Of a stretch of 64,000 nucleotides of DNA, positions 1 to 12,650 are shown piece after piece; the stretch's first letter is position 1, and each line of letters begins with the position of its first letter. A model generated the notes under the pieces. That model searched no databases. It was given only the letters and a program-made list of their open reading frames with translations, and was not told where the DNA came from. The DNA comes from Lama guanicoe (Eukaryota): assembly GCA_013239625.1 (NCBI GenBank), contig MU056050.1, positions 854,084 through 918,083 on the forward strand. The letters are read 5' to 3'. The translations under genes were made by a program, and so were the position numbers.

Positions 1-649
1 AGCCAGAGGGCTTCCTGAAAAGCCAGGGAACAGGCAGCAGGAGGGCAATAAATACTTAAGGTGGGGATGGGAGCCCAAAGGGGTTACAGGGATACAGTTA
101 GAGGAGCAACTGTGTTGCTGAACACCCCCATTCATCTCATTAGCAATTTCACGCTTTTGCCCAGAGCATGACTGTCCATATGGCCTGAACCTGCACCTCC
201 CCCATCCCATTTGGACACAGATCTAGGCCTGGGAGTCCTCCCTACCCTCCTCAGGTACAGCTGTGCCTCCAGTTTTTCGTCTAGTTTGTGTTTTTGCTTT
301 TGCAGGCTTCTTTACAATGCTTTTTAGGTGATGTGGTTTTTGCATACTTCTCTCTAAAGACTGGACATTGATGAATGTGGCTGTACTTCCTATGGTACAT
401 GCAGCATTAAATAATCTGCCCATGTGTCTTTTTTCCTTTTTTCTTTTCTTGCTGAGGTCTGAAACTGAAGTTGTCAGCTGGCTGAGTGGCAAAGAGGAAT
501 CTTCTGTCCTGGAGTAATGCTTAAGGGCACATGATTAGGCTCACATCTCCTCAGCCCTCAGCCCTCCTCTTCCTTGCTTTTAGCCCTTGGCTTCTTCAGC
601 TGCCCTGCCTTCTGGGACTGAACTATGGATTCTAGCTAAAGGAGTGACA

Positions 650-725
650 GATAAGCCTCCAAGAGGAGAAGTGAAATGAGTGGTGAGCCTGTTCTGGAAC
701 CAGGTCTCCTGACCCTAGTCTGTGG
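650..725 (-). mobile_element. MIR SINE fragment
   Basis: MIR-like text gagcctgttctggaaccaggtctcctgaccctagtc. Confidence 0.45.
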
Positions 726-1299
726 CTGTTTGTGTGGCACCATTCTGCTGGAAATATCCATTTGCATGTTTCTGATGATGCCAGGGTTGTCTTCTATATT
801 TTTTGTCTGGTGGCACTGTCATCCTCAGTATGTAGCCCACGACCAAGAGAGATGGCAGCAGAGGTGATGGCAAGGGTGATGTTTTGATGGGATAGCTGTA
901 CTCCCCTGACTCTTATTTTTTCTCTTACGAGGCATTTATGCTGCAAAGGAAGTCAGTGATTTCAGTTCTCTACCACTTGTTCCCGTTTCTCTCTTAATCT
1001 GGCTTCATCATAACTGTCCTTATGTGATGGCCGTATAATACAGCCTCAGGCAACCCCTGGGCTGACAAAGGTCCCCCTACTGCTGTCCTCCTACCCCAGC
1101 GGCACCTCAAGTTACAGTCATACTCTTCCCCCCATCTCAAGCAAAATACTGCACAAGTAAGTCCACCCTCTTTGTTAAAAAGCCATTAGGAGCTTATGGG
1201 TCAATATGTTTATATTATGTAATGTTTATAATGGGCTGCTGTAAGCAGTAGCTTAACTGAAGGCATCGGAACCATTCAGAGTACTTGATAACAATATGT

Positions 1300-1420
1300 G
1301 CACTACTCGGACCTACTGCAGATTTTCTACATGAGGCGCTTAGGGAGTTACGACCTGAGAATCCACATTTTAATAAAATTCTTAGGTGATTCTGAAATAT
1401 ACTAACAGTTGAGAATTACT
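1300..1420. mobile_element. MER5-type hAT-Charlie MITE fragment
   Basis: cctgagaatccacattttaataaa...aggtgattctg...gttgagaattact resembles the MER5 3' half. Confidence 0.6.
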
Positions 1421-3659
1421 ACCCTTTGTTGTGCTTAGAATTAAAGCATTTGCTGCAGGTGTGTAAACACGTTAACAGGTAGCAATGGTCGTTGCTGGGC
1501 TAGTTGATGATATCTTGCCTTTAAAATTAATTTCATTTGTCATTGTTGCTCCCCCAGCCCCCTCCCAAATACATGTAGCAGACAAGAATCTTTCTCTGAG
1601 TCTGCGTTTGTCTTCCCAAGAATCTTGGGCTTCTTCTGTTGGGTGTGATCTCTATAATGATAGTTTTTTTGGAAAAAAATTCCAATTTCCATCTCTAGCT
1701 ACACTGTATGATACACACTATGTTTGATAAATATGTATTGAATGTACAACTGTGTGCTCCACATGGCGGAAAGCAGTCTGTTTCACCGTAACAAGGGAAC
1801 CCAACTCAATTGTCTATGATTTGAAAGTAGCTATGACATGAAAGAAAGAGAGAGATTGGTAGGTAAATGGGAAGTCTTCAAAAGATGAGTGCATTTTATT
1901 TCCTATCTTGTCATCCTATTCTCCTCTCTGGAGAGATTCATGCTTCGTGGGTGTCCTGGAAAGTGAGATAGGAAAAAGAAGACAATAAGAATAGATTGTA
2001 AGCTGTGTCTCCCTTGGGCTCCAGTGTAATCTCTTTACATGGGCAGATGTTTTAAAACTCAGGTATCTGGATTCACTGAAGAGATACGTGGTAAATAAAA
2101 ATATGACTCAAGTGCCACCTTGCAGCCAGGGGGGCTGTTTCCTGCCTTTTTTCAGAATTGGTGCCATAACTTATCTATTGAATTTCATGTTTATGCAGTG
2201 GATAGATAGCCTGGCATCTCTGCAGTCAGAGTCTTAGCTAAGTAAGGAATATCTGCTGTCGATATAAACTGCAGAGCTACTCTGTGACCATGCTGCTGCC
2301 TGTGCAAGGGTGATCAGTGAAACCAAAGTCACATCCTTGGTCCATTCCACATCATTTGCAACATGAGGGCATGCTTTTTGACCTTCCATCCATTACCCAT
2401 CAAATAAAATGACTGATTTGAACTTGTGAGAAACCTCTCTCTGAGTTCCATGTTTTTAGTAGGGCCTTCAAAAGTCTGTACTGGGAAGATTTACTTAGAT
2501 CTTAAGTTTACTCACACCACAAGGCTGATTTTGACCAAGGGAGTGAAACTGGTGATTTGCCTGACGGATGTAGGAAAGGAGGCGGTAATATGTGCTTATC
2601 AAAGCTCAGCTGGAGACACTGACCCATTTTCAAACAGGTCTGTCCTTTGGCAAAATTACTCACTCACCTATACAGGCAAGGTCTTCATTTAAGGCTTTAA
2701 AAGTATCACATTGAAGAATCAAGTCAAAATGTTTTATTCATTTAACTCATTGAGTGTAAAAAGCCTAAATATTCAGTTAAGTTCATTTTTACAAACATCT
2801 GAAAGCATCATCTTTAGTAATTTTATTGGTTTTTCAGTGGCAAATGGGGACAGAGGTAAATGGATTATAGAGGCTCTATCTTTTTTCTTTAAACCGTGAA
2901 TCATGCAACTCAGAAGTAGAAAGGCATTGATAATGTTCACATTTTCCCCTTACCACTGGTTATAGGTAAGGAACCAGGCCTGCCCTATCCTTGTGATGTA
3001 GAGGCATCTCTGTTACAAGTAGACAACCTCATTTGAGCTTTTGGGAAGAGTAATTCTGTTTTAAGAGACACTAATGAGGTGACAAATTATTTATGTAATT
3101 TTATACTCATCACACTTCTACATAAAAGTGCCAACTGTTATCTTGATTCCTTCACATTTGGGAAGGAGCACTCTGCCCTACTCTCACATAATCCTGCCCT
3201 CTTGGGCTATGGCTGATGATATTTGGATGAACATCAGATTCTCCAAGAACTGTGGAGTTGTGATTACAAAGACTGAGTCAGTCAGTCTGTTGAGTCATGA
3301 ACCTGCACAAGTTGGTTATCAGGAAAATAAGAAGGCAGATCCATAGAGAAATGTAGCTGCCTTTGGACTTTTTGGTTCCTGTAAGGTCCAGTACATCTTA
3401 CAGTAGCACTTTATGGGAATGTTCTGCAATCGTAAAAGAAATCTTTTTCTCCTTTTCTAAAGTAAATCTGCTTTCAGCAGGTCTCTCTGCTCCTTACAAT
3501 CTAAAATTCATGAGAAGGAATATTTTGAACTTGGTACACAGAAGTTTATAGTATATTTCCAAAGCGATTTCATATCTATTACCTCTCGTTTCCTCTAACA
3601 ATGCCATGTCACAAGTAGGGTGGAAATGATAATTGCTTTGAAAGCTTTTGAAAGTTTCT

Positions 3660-3760
3660 TTAAACTGAGGTCTCAAGTGGGAAAGGGGCTTAAGTCACAC
3701 AGCTAGGTAGAGGCAGAGCTGGGCCTAAAATCCATGCCCTCTGTCTCCTATGCCTTGTGC
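3660..3760 (-). mobile_element. MIR SINE fragment
   Basis: aaactgagg...aagtcacacagctaggtagaggcagagctggg, the MIR core. Confidence 0.7.
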
Positions 3761-4908
3761 TTGGCACTTACTGGGCACCCGAGGATTATTTGTAGGTTGA
3801 TAGATATATCCAAAGAGGAAGTGGGTGACTCCAGTCAGAAATAAGGAAAAAGTAACTGGCCTTTTAATAGACATGAATAACACTCCGAAGTAACCTAACA
3901 AAAGAAAGCCTTCAGAGTCTCCAGGAAATCTTCCTATTGGAACCTCTTCGCTTAAGGAAAAACAGTGTTGCCCCCGTGTGCCTCTACAACAGAGTGCAAA
4001 TCAGATTCTGCCTTTGAGAATGCTCACCCTACCTCACCTCTCTGCAGCTGCTGCCAGTGGAGGTGCCAATTATGTGGCTCAGTTCCGTGATTTCTACCTC
4101 AACATTTAAAAAATAAAATCGCCCCTGGGGTGAAACTATGATTGCCAACTCAACTAGAAACATCTTTCCCTGGCAAATTAGAAAGCTCTTGAAGACCATC
4201 ATTTAGAAGTGGAGTCCTGACAGGACCTAGCTTCTAGTGGAATATTTAGAGTTGCAAATAGATGTCCCTTCAACTTGAACTGTTAAGCAGTTGCGACCTC
4301 TTCAAGCAAGGCTGATAGGGCCTGATTTTAAAGTATTACATATGTTTCAGTGGCACTATTGTATCTTATTTTCTAAGTAATGACTGATTTAATTTGGTTT
4401 TTGAAAAACAAATAATGAGATATGTGTGTCAGGGGGAGTTGGGGGGTGATTCTCAGTGCTATTTTATGATACATTAATAGGTGTTAAACAGACCGGAAAA
4501 TGCATCTTGTCTTAAGAACATACAGGCTTGACTCAATATTTCATATGGTCTCTGAAGGTTTATGTTGCCCACTGAAATAAAAGAAAACCGGTCAGTGCAT
4601 GGAGCATAAGGTTGTTCTGTACCTTTTATTTATAAACAAAGGAGAGTTGAAGAGGGATGCTAAGTGTAAGTTTACATGCTGGTGCCTCGGTATAATGCTA
4701 TTATCAGAGTCCACGATTCTGGATAGTGTTAGATATAAAATTACTTCTGCAAGTTTCTTTTGGTGCTTCCAGTAGAAAAATATCTTGGATGGTTTTAAAA
4801 GTGGTCCTGTAATGTAAGAATAATAATACCTAATGCTTTAAAAAAAAAAAGTACGATGCTAAGGAAAAAACCATCTTATGGTCCAATGAGAAAATCTGGA
4901 TTATAAAA

Positions 4909-5040
4909 CAGTGGTTGTCAAAGAGGGAATTATTAAAGGTTCTGAGAAATCCTGAAGTATAGAAACCTATTTTAACTTTTTTTCAGTGTTTCTAAACTTT
5001 TTTGACCACAGAACTTTTTCTTCACATAACACCTATTAAC
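4909..5040. mobile_element. hAT-Charlie-type DNA transposon remnant
   Basis: cagtggttgtcaaa and cagtgtttctaaact...gaccacagaa Charlie-like terminal motifs. Confidence 0.4.
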
Positions 5041-5089
5041 ATATCATTTCCCTTTAAGTCACACTGAGTTAGACTAGGGCTTGCATAAG

Positions 5090-5400
5090 GAGGTAGAATG
5101 ATAGATAAGACTAGAAATATAGATTGAAAGCATATTATAGACAGTCTTGAGTACTATGCTAAGAACATTCAGCTTCATTGTATAAGCAATGGGGTCATTT
5201 AGGGTTTTTTTCTTTAATAGCTTCCCCACTTGTCTCTATGCTTTCATTGATATTCCTTTTTAGTCCATCCTGAGCAGCACTGCTAGACTAATTTTCCTAA
5301 AACTGTATCCATCATTTGTCTGGGCTACTTAAGAACCTAAATGGTGCTTTTTAGGACCCTGCATTTTAGTATCCTTTTATCTTCAAACAGATTTTTTGAT
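5090..5400. mobile_element. L2 LINE fragments
   Basis: cttgagtactatgctaagaa...agcaatgggg and gctagactaattttcctaaaa are L2-like. Confidence 0.45.
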
Positions 5401-5489
5401 AAAATGTCTTGTATTGCTCTCCACTGTTACCCATATAGCTGCTATTTCATCAAATAGGTTCTATTCATTACAAAGAAATCTCTTATAAA

Positions 5490-5673
5490 TGGCTTTCATC
5501 CTTGGCTGTAAGTTAGAATGACCTAGGGAGCTTCTAAAAACTCCTGTGCCCAACAACCCCCACCCCAACCCGACTGATTATATCAAAATCTCTAGGGGTG
5601 GGGCGCTGGCATCAGTCATGTATAAAACATCCGAGGTGATTCCAGTGTGTAGCCACGTTTGAGAACCAGTGCC
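5490..5673. mobile_element. MER5 family hAT-Charlie MITE
   Basis: ttagaatgacctagggagctt...aatctctaggggtgggg...aggtgattccagtgtgtagccacgtttgagaaccagtg. Confidence 0.8.
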
Positions 5674-6157
5674 CTGAAATCTGCCATGAAACTTGAGTCC
5701 ATAGTATATACTCATTTAAGACTGGAAGTCACATTGTTGATATCACATTGATCAATTTCCATGGAGATTACATTTATCAAGAGGAGACTTTAACTCTCCT
5801 GTGGAAAAAGCAAAGTTGACACTTTTGTACTTGAAAAGAGGAAATGACTATTAATAAAATTTTTTAAAGCAATCATAAGTACAACTGGACCAAATGACTA
5901 CTGAAGGTTTTCCTGGTAAACTGATTGCAAATATCTTTGTCAGTCAGTTTGATTGATTACAGCATATAGACACTGAAGTACAGTTCAAGCAGCCTGTTTG
6001 TCTGAAGCCTTCATGTTAAATCTCTTGTAAAGTAATTTAAGATTTAACCCCCAGAGAACTTGGAACTACTATTTGAAGGCAACAAGTTCTGGTAAATATA
6101 CTGTCTCACTGCATAATATTGGAGAAATCAGATGAACACTCAATCCTGGTATTTATC

Positions 6158-6622
6158 ATGGCCTGGAGAAAAAAAAAGCACAAATTGAGAGTTGTGATTC
6201 AAGTTTTATTTGGGGCAAAATGAGGACTATAGCCCAAGAGAGCCTCTCAGATAGCTCTGAGGAACTGTTCTGAAGAGGTAAAGGGAGAAGTCAGTACGTA
6301 TGTGATTTTGGTGAAGGGGAATACGTTCCATCAAGCACACATTTTGGCAGAAGGTTGCTGCTCGTCATGAGGAGCAGATGTCTCCGTTAATGATTCTAGT
6401 GCTATTCTAGATATGCGAAGATGGAAGAAATTGGGCTCATAAAATCTTCTGAAAATATCTAACTATCTGAAGGCCTGTTCTGCCAGTATTTTCCAGAAAA
6501 GAGTGCCTCATTCCTGATCTCCACCCTAAACTTATTTCAGGGTATGTTGAAGGTCAGCAACTGCACTGACTAATGACCTAATCCTTGTATAGGCAGATGG
6601 CAAATGACAATTTTTAGTTGGC
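6158..6622 (-). mobile_element. ERV1-class solo LTR (cetartiodactyl type, possibly MER41-like)
   Basis: About 465 bp ending ...tttttagttggca (TG start on minus). Contains ctctcagatagctctgag and cattcctgatctccaccct, typical of this family. AATAAA on minus at 6205-6210. Confidence 0.75.
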
Positions 6623-7160
6623 ATTAACGATAACAAAGGTAGTATGTTCGGAAAGGTTGCCTTTTCCTATTCTCCAAGATTGCCTTTTAGTAAAAAGGAT
6701 GCCAGTGGGGCCATACAAAACCATAGGCTGTTTAGGCATATGGTGCTGGGAGAATGTGGGGAGGAAGGGCTAAGCCCCAGGGTATGTGCAGGACTCCTTA
6801 AAGAGGGATTAATCTAAACCCTCTTTGAACAGGCTTTTTTTTTTTTCCTTTTACCCTGGCTAAGCTGCATTATTTGATAGTCCCCTTTTCCAACTTTGTC
6901 CATATGGAGACAGGAACAGTACCCATCCACGTTAGAAGCATGGGAAGGGGCTTCAAGTAAATTGATTCTGGATAAATTCTACTTTTTCTTCCCAAGAGTA
7001 TCTTAATTCTGATCTTTCATGGGACCCATGTTCCCTTGTTTCCTACCCTGCATAATAATCCCTCCACCCACCAGACGATCATACTAAAACTGTAAAACCT
7101 GGACAACATCTTGGCCATCTCCCCGTCACTCACTTCAATAAATCCACAATTCTTACAGAT

Positions 7161-7320
7161 CAGTGGTTCTCAAACTTTAGCGTGCACCAGAATCACCCGG
7201 AGGTCTTGTTAAAGCACAGAGTTTCTGATTGAGTAGGTCTGAGGTGGAGCCTGAGAATTTGGATTTTTGACAAGCTCCCAGGTGATGCTGATGATCTGGA
7301 GACCACATTTTGATTTTTGA
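7161..7320. mobile_element. MER5A MITE (hAT-Charlie)
   Basis: cagtggttctcaaactttagcgtgcaccagaatcacc...gctcccaggtgatgctgatg...gaccacattttg. Confidence 0.9.
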
Positions 7321-7340
7321 GCAGATTCTTTGCTCTAGTG

Positions 7341-7574
7341 CAGTGGCTGTTCTCAGCCTTAGCTGCACACTGGAATCACCTAGAAGGGTTCGTCTTTTCC
7401 TTAATGATTTATTACAGAATATTGAATGCAGTTCCCTGTGTGGAAAAATTTTAATATACTGATGCAAGTCCTATTTTCCAAGGGTTTTGATTTATTTGGT
7501 GTGGGGTGGGACCCAGGTATGGTTGTGATTTTTTAAAAAAATCTGTAATGTGTAGTCAGGGTTGATAATCATTG
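7341..7574. mobile_element. MER5B-like MITE directly adjacent to the MER5A
   Basis: gttctcagccttagctgcacactggaatcacct...taatgtgtagtcagggttgataatcattg. Confidence 0.75.
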
Positions 7575-7629
7575 TTGTACATTTTGTCTTTTCAAAACCT
7601 TTTGATTTCTTTTTTCTCTTTTATGCCCA

Positions 7630-8160
7630 TCACCTTTAAATGTCCTTCCATTGCCTACAGAATATAGGCCATACTCCTTAGCATGGGTTATAAGGTCCTT
7701 TATGATCTCATTATAATCATTCATTCTTTTAAAAAATCTGTTGACAATGATGGTTGCAGGACAATGTGAATGCACTTATTGCCACATAACTTTCCACTTA
7801 ACATAAGGTTTATCATTTTAACCATGTTTATGTATATTTGACCATAATAATAGAGAAAAAGTTACTGAGTAACTTCTAAGCATCAGACATCTCCCAACAC
7901 GAGGAAAGTCCTTGCTTTTTCCTGAACACACTATGCTTTTTCATATTCAGTCCCAACTGTCTAGAATGCCCTCTCTTCCCTGACTGATATAGTCCCCTTT
8001 GACATTAAAAATCCAGTAAATGTCCCTTTATACATAAAAAGCCTTCTCAAATTGCTAGGAACAAAAGAATTTATCACATTAAGAATATAATTGAGTGTAC
8101 CTATTTCCTCCCACTAAACTCATTTCCTTAGAAAGGGGACTGTTTCTTCTATTTTACTTA
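7630..8160 (+). mobile_element. L2 fragments interrupted by an old L1 3' end piece (about 7740-7850)
   Basis: cattgcctacagaata...actccttagcatgg and cctgaacacactatgc are L2-like; gatggttgcaggacaatgtgaatgcactta is L1M 3' UTR-like. Confidence 0.55.
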
Positions 8161-9969
8161 GTCTTTTGTTTCTGTCTGATTCCTACCTTGGGGTGAGTGG
8201 CATAGGTGGACTTGGTCAGGTGCTGGGGTTGGAATGTGAATTCTGAAGGGCCAGTGCTGAAGCACGCACCTGGAAACAGGTGTCAGAGGAGTGGGCTGAA
8301 CTAACACTTGTAGGGGAAAGCTAGGGTTTAAGAGTTGGGTCCAACTCACAAGGAATAAGTGGCCAAGATTTCAGAGTTGGGTGAATATGTGACCCAAAAT
8401 CTTTCTACCACTAACCTGCCACGAACAGCTAAAGACCCTATTATTCGAAATCTTTTGTTGTGCTCAAGGTATAGTGCCTCCTGGAAATAGACTCTTGTGA
8501 AAAATATCAATAATCACAGGGTATTGTATCACTTTGACTCTCCTTGGACACCTCAGCACAAATGAGTTACTTAGATTTTCAGTTGTCACTTTGGAAAGTG
8601 AGGAGTAGGAGCCTGAGTGATGTTTCAGTGAAGGAGAGGGAAGGGTTTGCCATGCTCTAGTAGCTCTGGTGGCAGGTCTGGGTGACTGAGGCAGCCAAAA
8701 AGCAATGGGCTCCTAGAGCATTCAGTTCTACTTTACTTTTGTCCAGAAATGTGGTCCAATCAATATCTGATTCCTGAAATTTTCGTAGCCATGTGCATAA
8801 GACATGGATATTTTTAAAGGAAATGAAGGCCATAGAAAAGTTAGAATGTGAATATTTTCTCTCAGCAGCCACAATTAAGAGGAGAAGAGAGTTTGAGATG
8901 GATTCAGTGCTTTAGTATAGGCAGTCAGGTGAGGAGGGAAGCCACGTGTTTCCCCACCTAGTTCGCCCTTCTCTTGAGTGTCCTGAGAACCTAATTCTTC
9001 ACTTGCTTGTTTGCTTGTATATAATATATTCATTGTATTCTTCTTCCCGACTTCAAGTTTACTGAAGGTGTCTGTGGGAGCAGGAGATGCTTCTGTGGCT
9101 AGCTGCAATTTTAGATGCTCCCTTGTTTCCTGCTACATGGATATTCTTAAGTTAGACTGCTTAGACTTGTGCTCAATGAGTGTGCTATCTGCTGCAAATG
9201 ACCCAGAATGTGATTGTGTGTTGGAATCAAGTCTATACTTGGAATGTACTGAGCTGCTATATTTTGTGTTTGTGCATGGTGGGGGGGGGGTCCAGCTTGT
9301 GCACATGCCTCTTTGTACATTTAATTAGTCAATAACAACGAAATCTGTAAGTCCTGCTTGCAGTACTCAGTAGGAGATTCAGATACATGTCAAAGCACTT
9401 TGAAAACTATAAACCACTTTATATATTGAAAGGATGCTGACAAATATCTAAACACGTTGGGTAGCCCCTGAAAGTTCCTCATTAGCCGGCTGAGCCTTCT
9501 GGGCCAAGTAGAAAGATAAAACAGCAAATTTACTATTATCTCTACCTACTGGAGGAGAACACTGGCACAATTAATCCAGGAGTGCGGATAATCTAGGCAT
9601 CCTGGATACTTGAGTTAGAGGTACATCATATTACAGATTTGTGTTTTATCAAAACCATTAGAAATACCAGTTGTCTGTGTCTGAGCATGGGTACATAGTA
9701 TATGGAGAATTGATAGTTTAGAAATTAAACACTCCCCTGACTAATCCACAGAATTGTTATTTCTCATCAAAATACCGATTTTGAGACCTGAGATTATTCC
9801 ATGTGACACTTGAGTCTATATTGCCTTAAAATGTTCTCCATTAATTTCTAGAACATGTGGTTTATTGCTGTAACTAGATTACATGACTTAAAAACAAATC
9901 TTTTTTTAATGAAGTGAGACTTCCATTTATTGACAAAAATTCTACATTAGTGATTATTTTGTTAGGTTC

Positions 9970-10140
9970 TTTCAGATATATTATCTCATTGACTTCTTTG
10001 AAAATTCACTCAGAATGGAATTACCTTTATTTTTATTGATGAAATGCTGAGAGCTTAAGTAAACCTGTGCAAGGTCACACAACCATTGAATAATGAGCTG
10101 GGATTCAAAGCCACGTGTTTCCAACACAAGTCACTGCTTT
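9970..10140 (-). mobile_element. MIR SINE
   Basis: aaggtcacacaacc...gagctgggattcaaagcc. Confidence 0.7.
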
Positions 10141-10566
10141 TCCATTTTTGGTACTCCTTTAGTTCCTTTCATCTGGGGCTATGATTTCTCTAAATGTTTG
10201 GGAGAATATGTCCATGCCCTGTATCTCAGTTAATGGAGAAGTGACCCCAAATCTCTGTTAGCAATGTTAGAAAGGAACCACATTTCTTTAACTGGCAATG
10301 AGGGGTTTATACGTCATTTGAGACTTTCCTAATGTAGAAACCTGGAAATTCTCGTGATGTTTTCACTTTTACTTGGTGTATACTTGAGGAGAGTTTTGGG
10401 ACACACACTTTGACGCTCTTACTTCATCTGTGAATTTCAAAATGTGCATGGAAGATGGTGTGATTGTCAGAGAGGTAGCTATTTCTCCGTAGGCACTAAG
10501 CTGTCTTATCCATTTTTTTTTACCAGTCACTCATTTTCTAAAAATGAATCTGCCATGTTTCTTTTC

Positions 10567-10630
<64 letters not shown>
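10567..10630. repeat. (TTTC)n tetranucleotide microsatellite, about 16 units
   Basis: Directly visible perfect tandem repeat. Confidence 0.98.
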
Positions 10631-11424
10631 GATGGAATGGGAACTCATTTATGTTAACTTTTCAACTATGAAATCCACTTTTAATCTTTCAGTGGACTAC
10701 TAGTATCTCAGCCAGGAGAAAAAGATCTCATTAAAAACAAAAATGATATACAGTGTCTATTAATCAATTGGATGGAACTACTTTGTGTCCGGAATGCAAA
10801 ATGTTGAAATGTATCTCTTAAGGATCAATATTGTTTCTAAGTAACTAAAGTTAAATCAATACCAACTCTACACTTCACTTCACTTCGCTAACATCATTAG
10901 ATTCTAGTGTTTCTAAACCTGTAACTACAAATACAGACTGCCCAGAAATAGTTTTCAGACTAAATTTTTCCCCATTTGTCTTTTTAGATGTTGATTTGTG
11001 TTTAGTGAAATCCTTTTATAGTATTACTGTTGAGGTAAAGCAAATTCTCTTAGAGGAATTGTATTAGACTTTTATTGTATAGGGTTTTTAAGTCCCAAAA
11101 GACTTAATTTGACCTATGTATGGCCAAAGTCATGTAATGACAGGGTTCAGCTATGTGTTGTATTATTGATTTCTCCTTACTTATTTTAGTTTTAGTGCAC
11201 ACTGGACTTATAAGGAATTAATGAGTTCTCTGTTAAATGTTTAAGGACAAAAGGGCAAATTGTAGACCAGAGCATTATTGCATTTCAGGATTAAAGAAAA
11301 CCCTAAAGCTATATGGTTCCACCTCTTATGTGAGGTTTGGATCAGTTCCCTGTACAGGATCCATGGCAAGCTAATTCACTCTTAGGTTGGATTAAATCAA
11401 GCATACAGTTTAGAGGGAAGGAGG

Positions 11425-11579
11425 TTGAACCATTCAGATTTCTGGCAGGAAACACATGACACCCTCTGAAGGCAAATTTGAGAAGCATTTTATTAAGGGG
11501 TATTTACAGAGGGATGGTAAGGGATATAGATATTAAGAAGATATAGTGATGCACTCAGAGGTTGGCAATAATATGGAAC
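11425..11579 (-). mobile_element. MaLR (MLT1K/L-like) LTR fragment
   Basis: gcaggaaacacatgacacc...ttttattaaggggtatttacagag. Confidence 0.5.
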
Positions 11580-12140
11580 TGTAGGGGAGGAAATAATTTT
11601 CCCTCTGCCCTTCTAGGTTCTTGGCTGAGAACTCCATGTAATAAAAAGATTAACAGGAGAAACACAAAAAGTTTAATAGCATGTATACTTCCTGTATAAT
11701 GGGAGAGACCCAGGGAAACTGAGTAGTTTGCCAAAGTGGCTGAAACTTTCACCTTAAATGCTATCTTCAGCTAAAGGCAAAAGAGGATGTTGGGGGTAGT
11801 GGTTTGGAACTTCAAAGGGAAAGAAGGCAATTCACATGGAGAAAGCAAATGTATGGTAAACAAATGTTTGCTGGGCTGTGCAGAGACAATGGGACAGAGT
11901 GGAGTCTTATCTCTAGGCCCTGCCTAGAGTGTCCCCCACCACACCTTGCCCACATTCTTTGCAGAGAGCTCTGGTGATAGCTCTATTCCAGGAACAGGTC
12001 CTCTGTCTAAATTCTTCAGGCGGCTAAGGGAGAGGCAGAAGGAAAGACTTCTTAAGTCTTCTGCTTTTTAAAAATAATAAGCCTAAACTAATCCTTATGC
12101 TGAAGAGACATTTTGGGGCGGCAAATTTTGCTCCTCCACA
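11580..12140 (-). mobile_element. ERV1 solo LTR, MER34A/MER34A1 family
   Basis: TG...CA termini (tgtaggggagg ... ctcctccaca). Reverse-complement homology to the LTR at 16269-16804. ATTAAA on minus at 11672-11677. Confidence 0.85.
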
Positions 12141-12429
12141 CCAGGAAGTAGGAGGAAGTCTTTGCTGTCCTCGTAGGGCATGAGAGCCCCCCCTTCTGGT
12201 CTCCCAACTCTCTTTAATTGAGGTTTCTATTCATTAAATTTTTTGCATAGGCCACACATTGCCCAGATATCATTCTTGACCTTTAAGTAATGCATGAAAA
12301 AATCACATCCTTAAGGCTCTTTGTGATTATATTGTTTCCCATCTTCCATCATCTTGCAGCCATCTCTCCCTCCAATTCCATTTTCTTCAGTGAACATAAA
12401 TGGAGCAATTGACAGTTTGCTGTTTAAAA

Positions 12430-12650
12430 TTGTAGGCTCTAAAGTTATATAATTTAGATTTAAGATTTAAGCTCGGCCTCCTACTACATGTATGATTTTG
12501 GACAGATTACTTAACTTCTTAGAGCCTGATTTTTTTCACTTTAGAAGACAGATAATAATACCCTTTACCTCACAGGCTCATTGAAAAGATTAAATGAGAT
12601 ATTGTTTGCATGCAAAGTTCCTGGTATATAGTATACTTTGAATAAATTTT
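12430..12650 (+). mobile_element. MIR SINE
   Basis: ttacttaacttcttagagcctg...gataataatac...gattaaatgagat. Confidence 0.8.

Noticed and set aside
8657..9328. Cluster of 71-105 aa ORFs on both strands in unique sequence
   Set aside because: Non-ATG starts, no convincing paired splice sites and no recognisable protein family; consistent with chance
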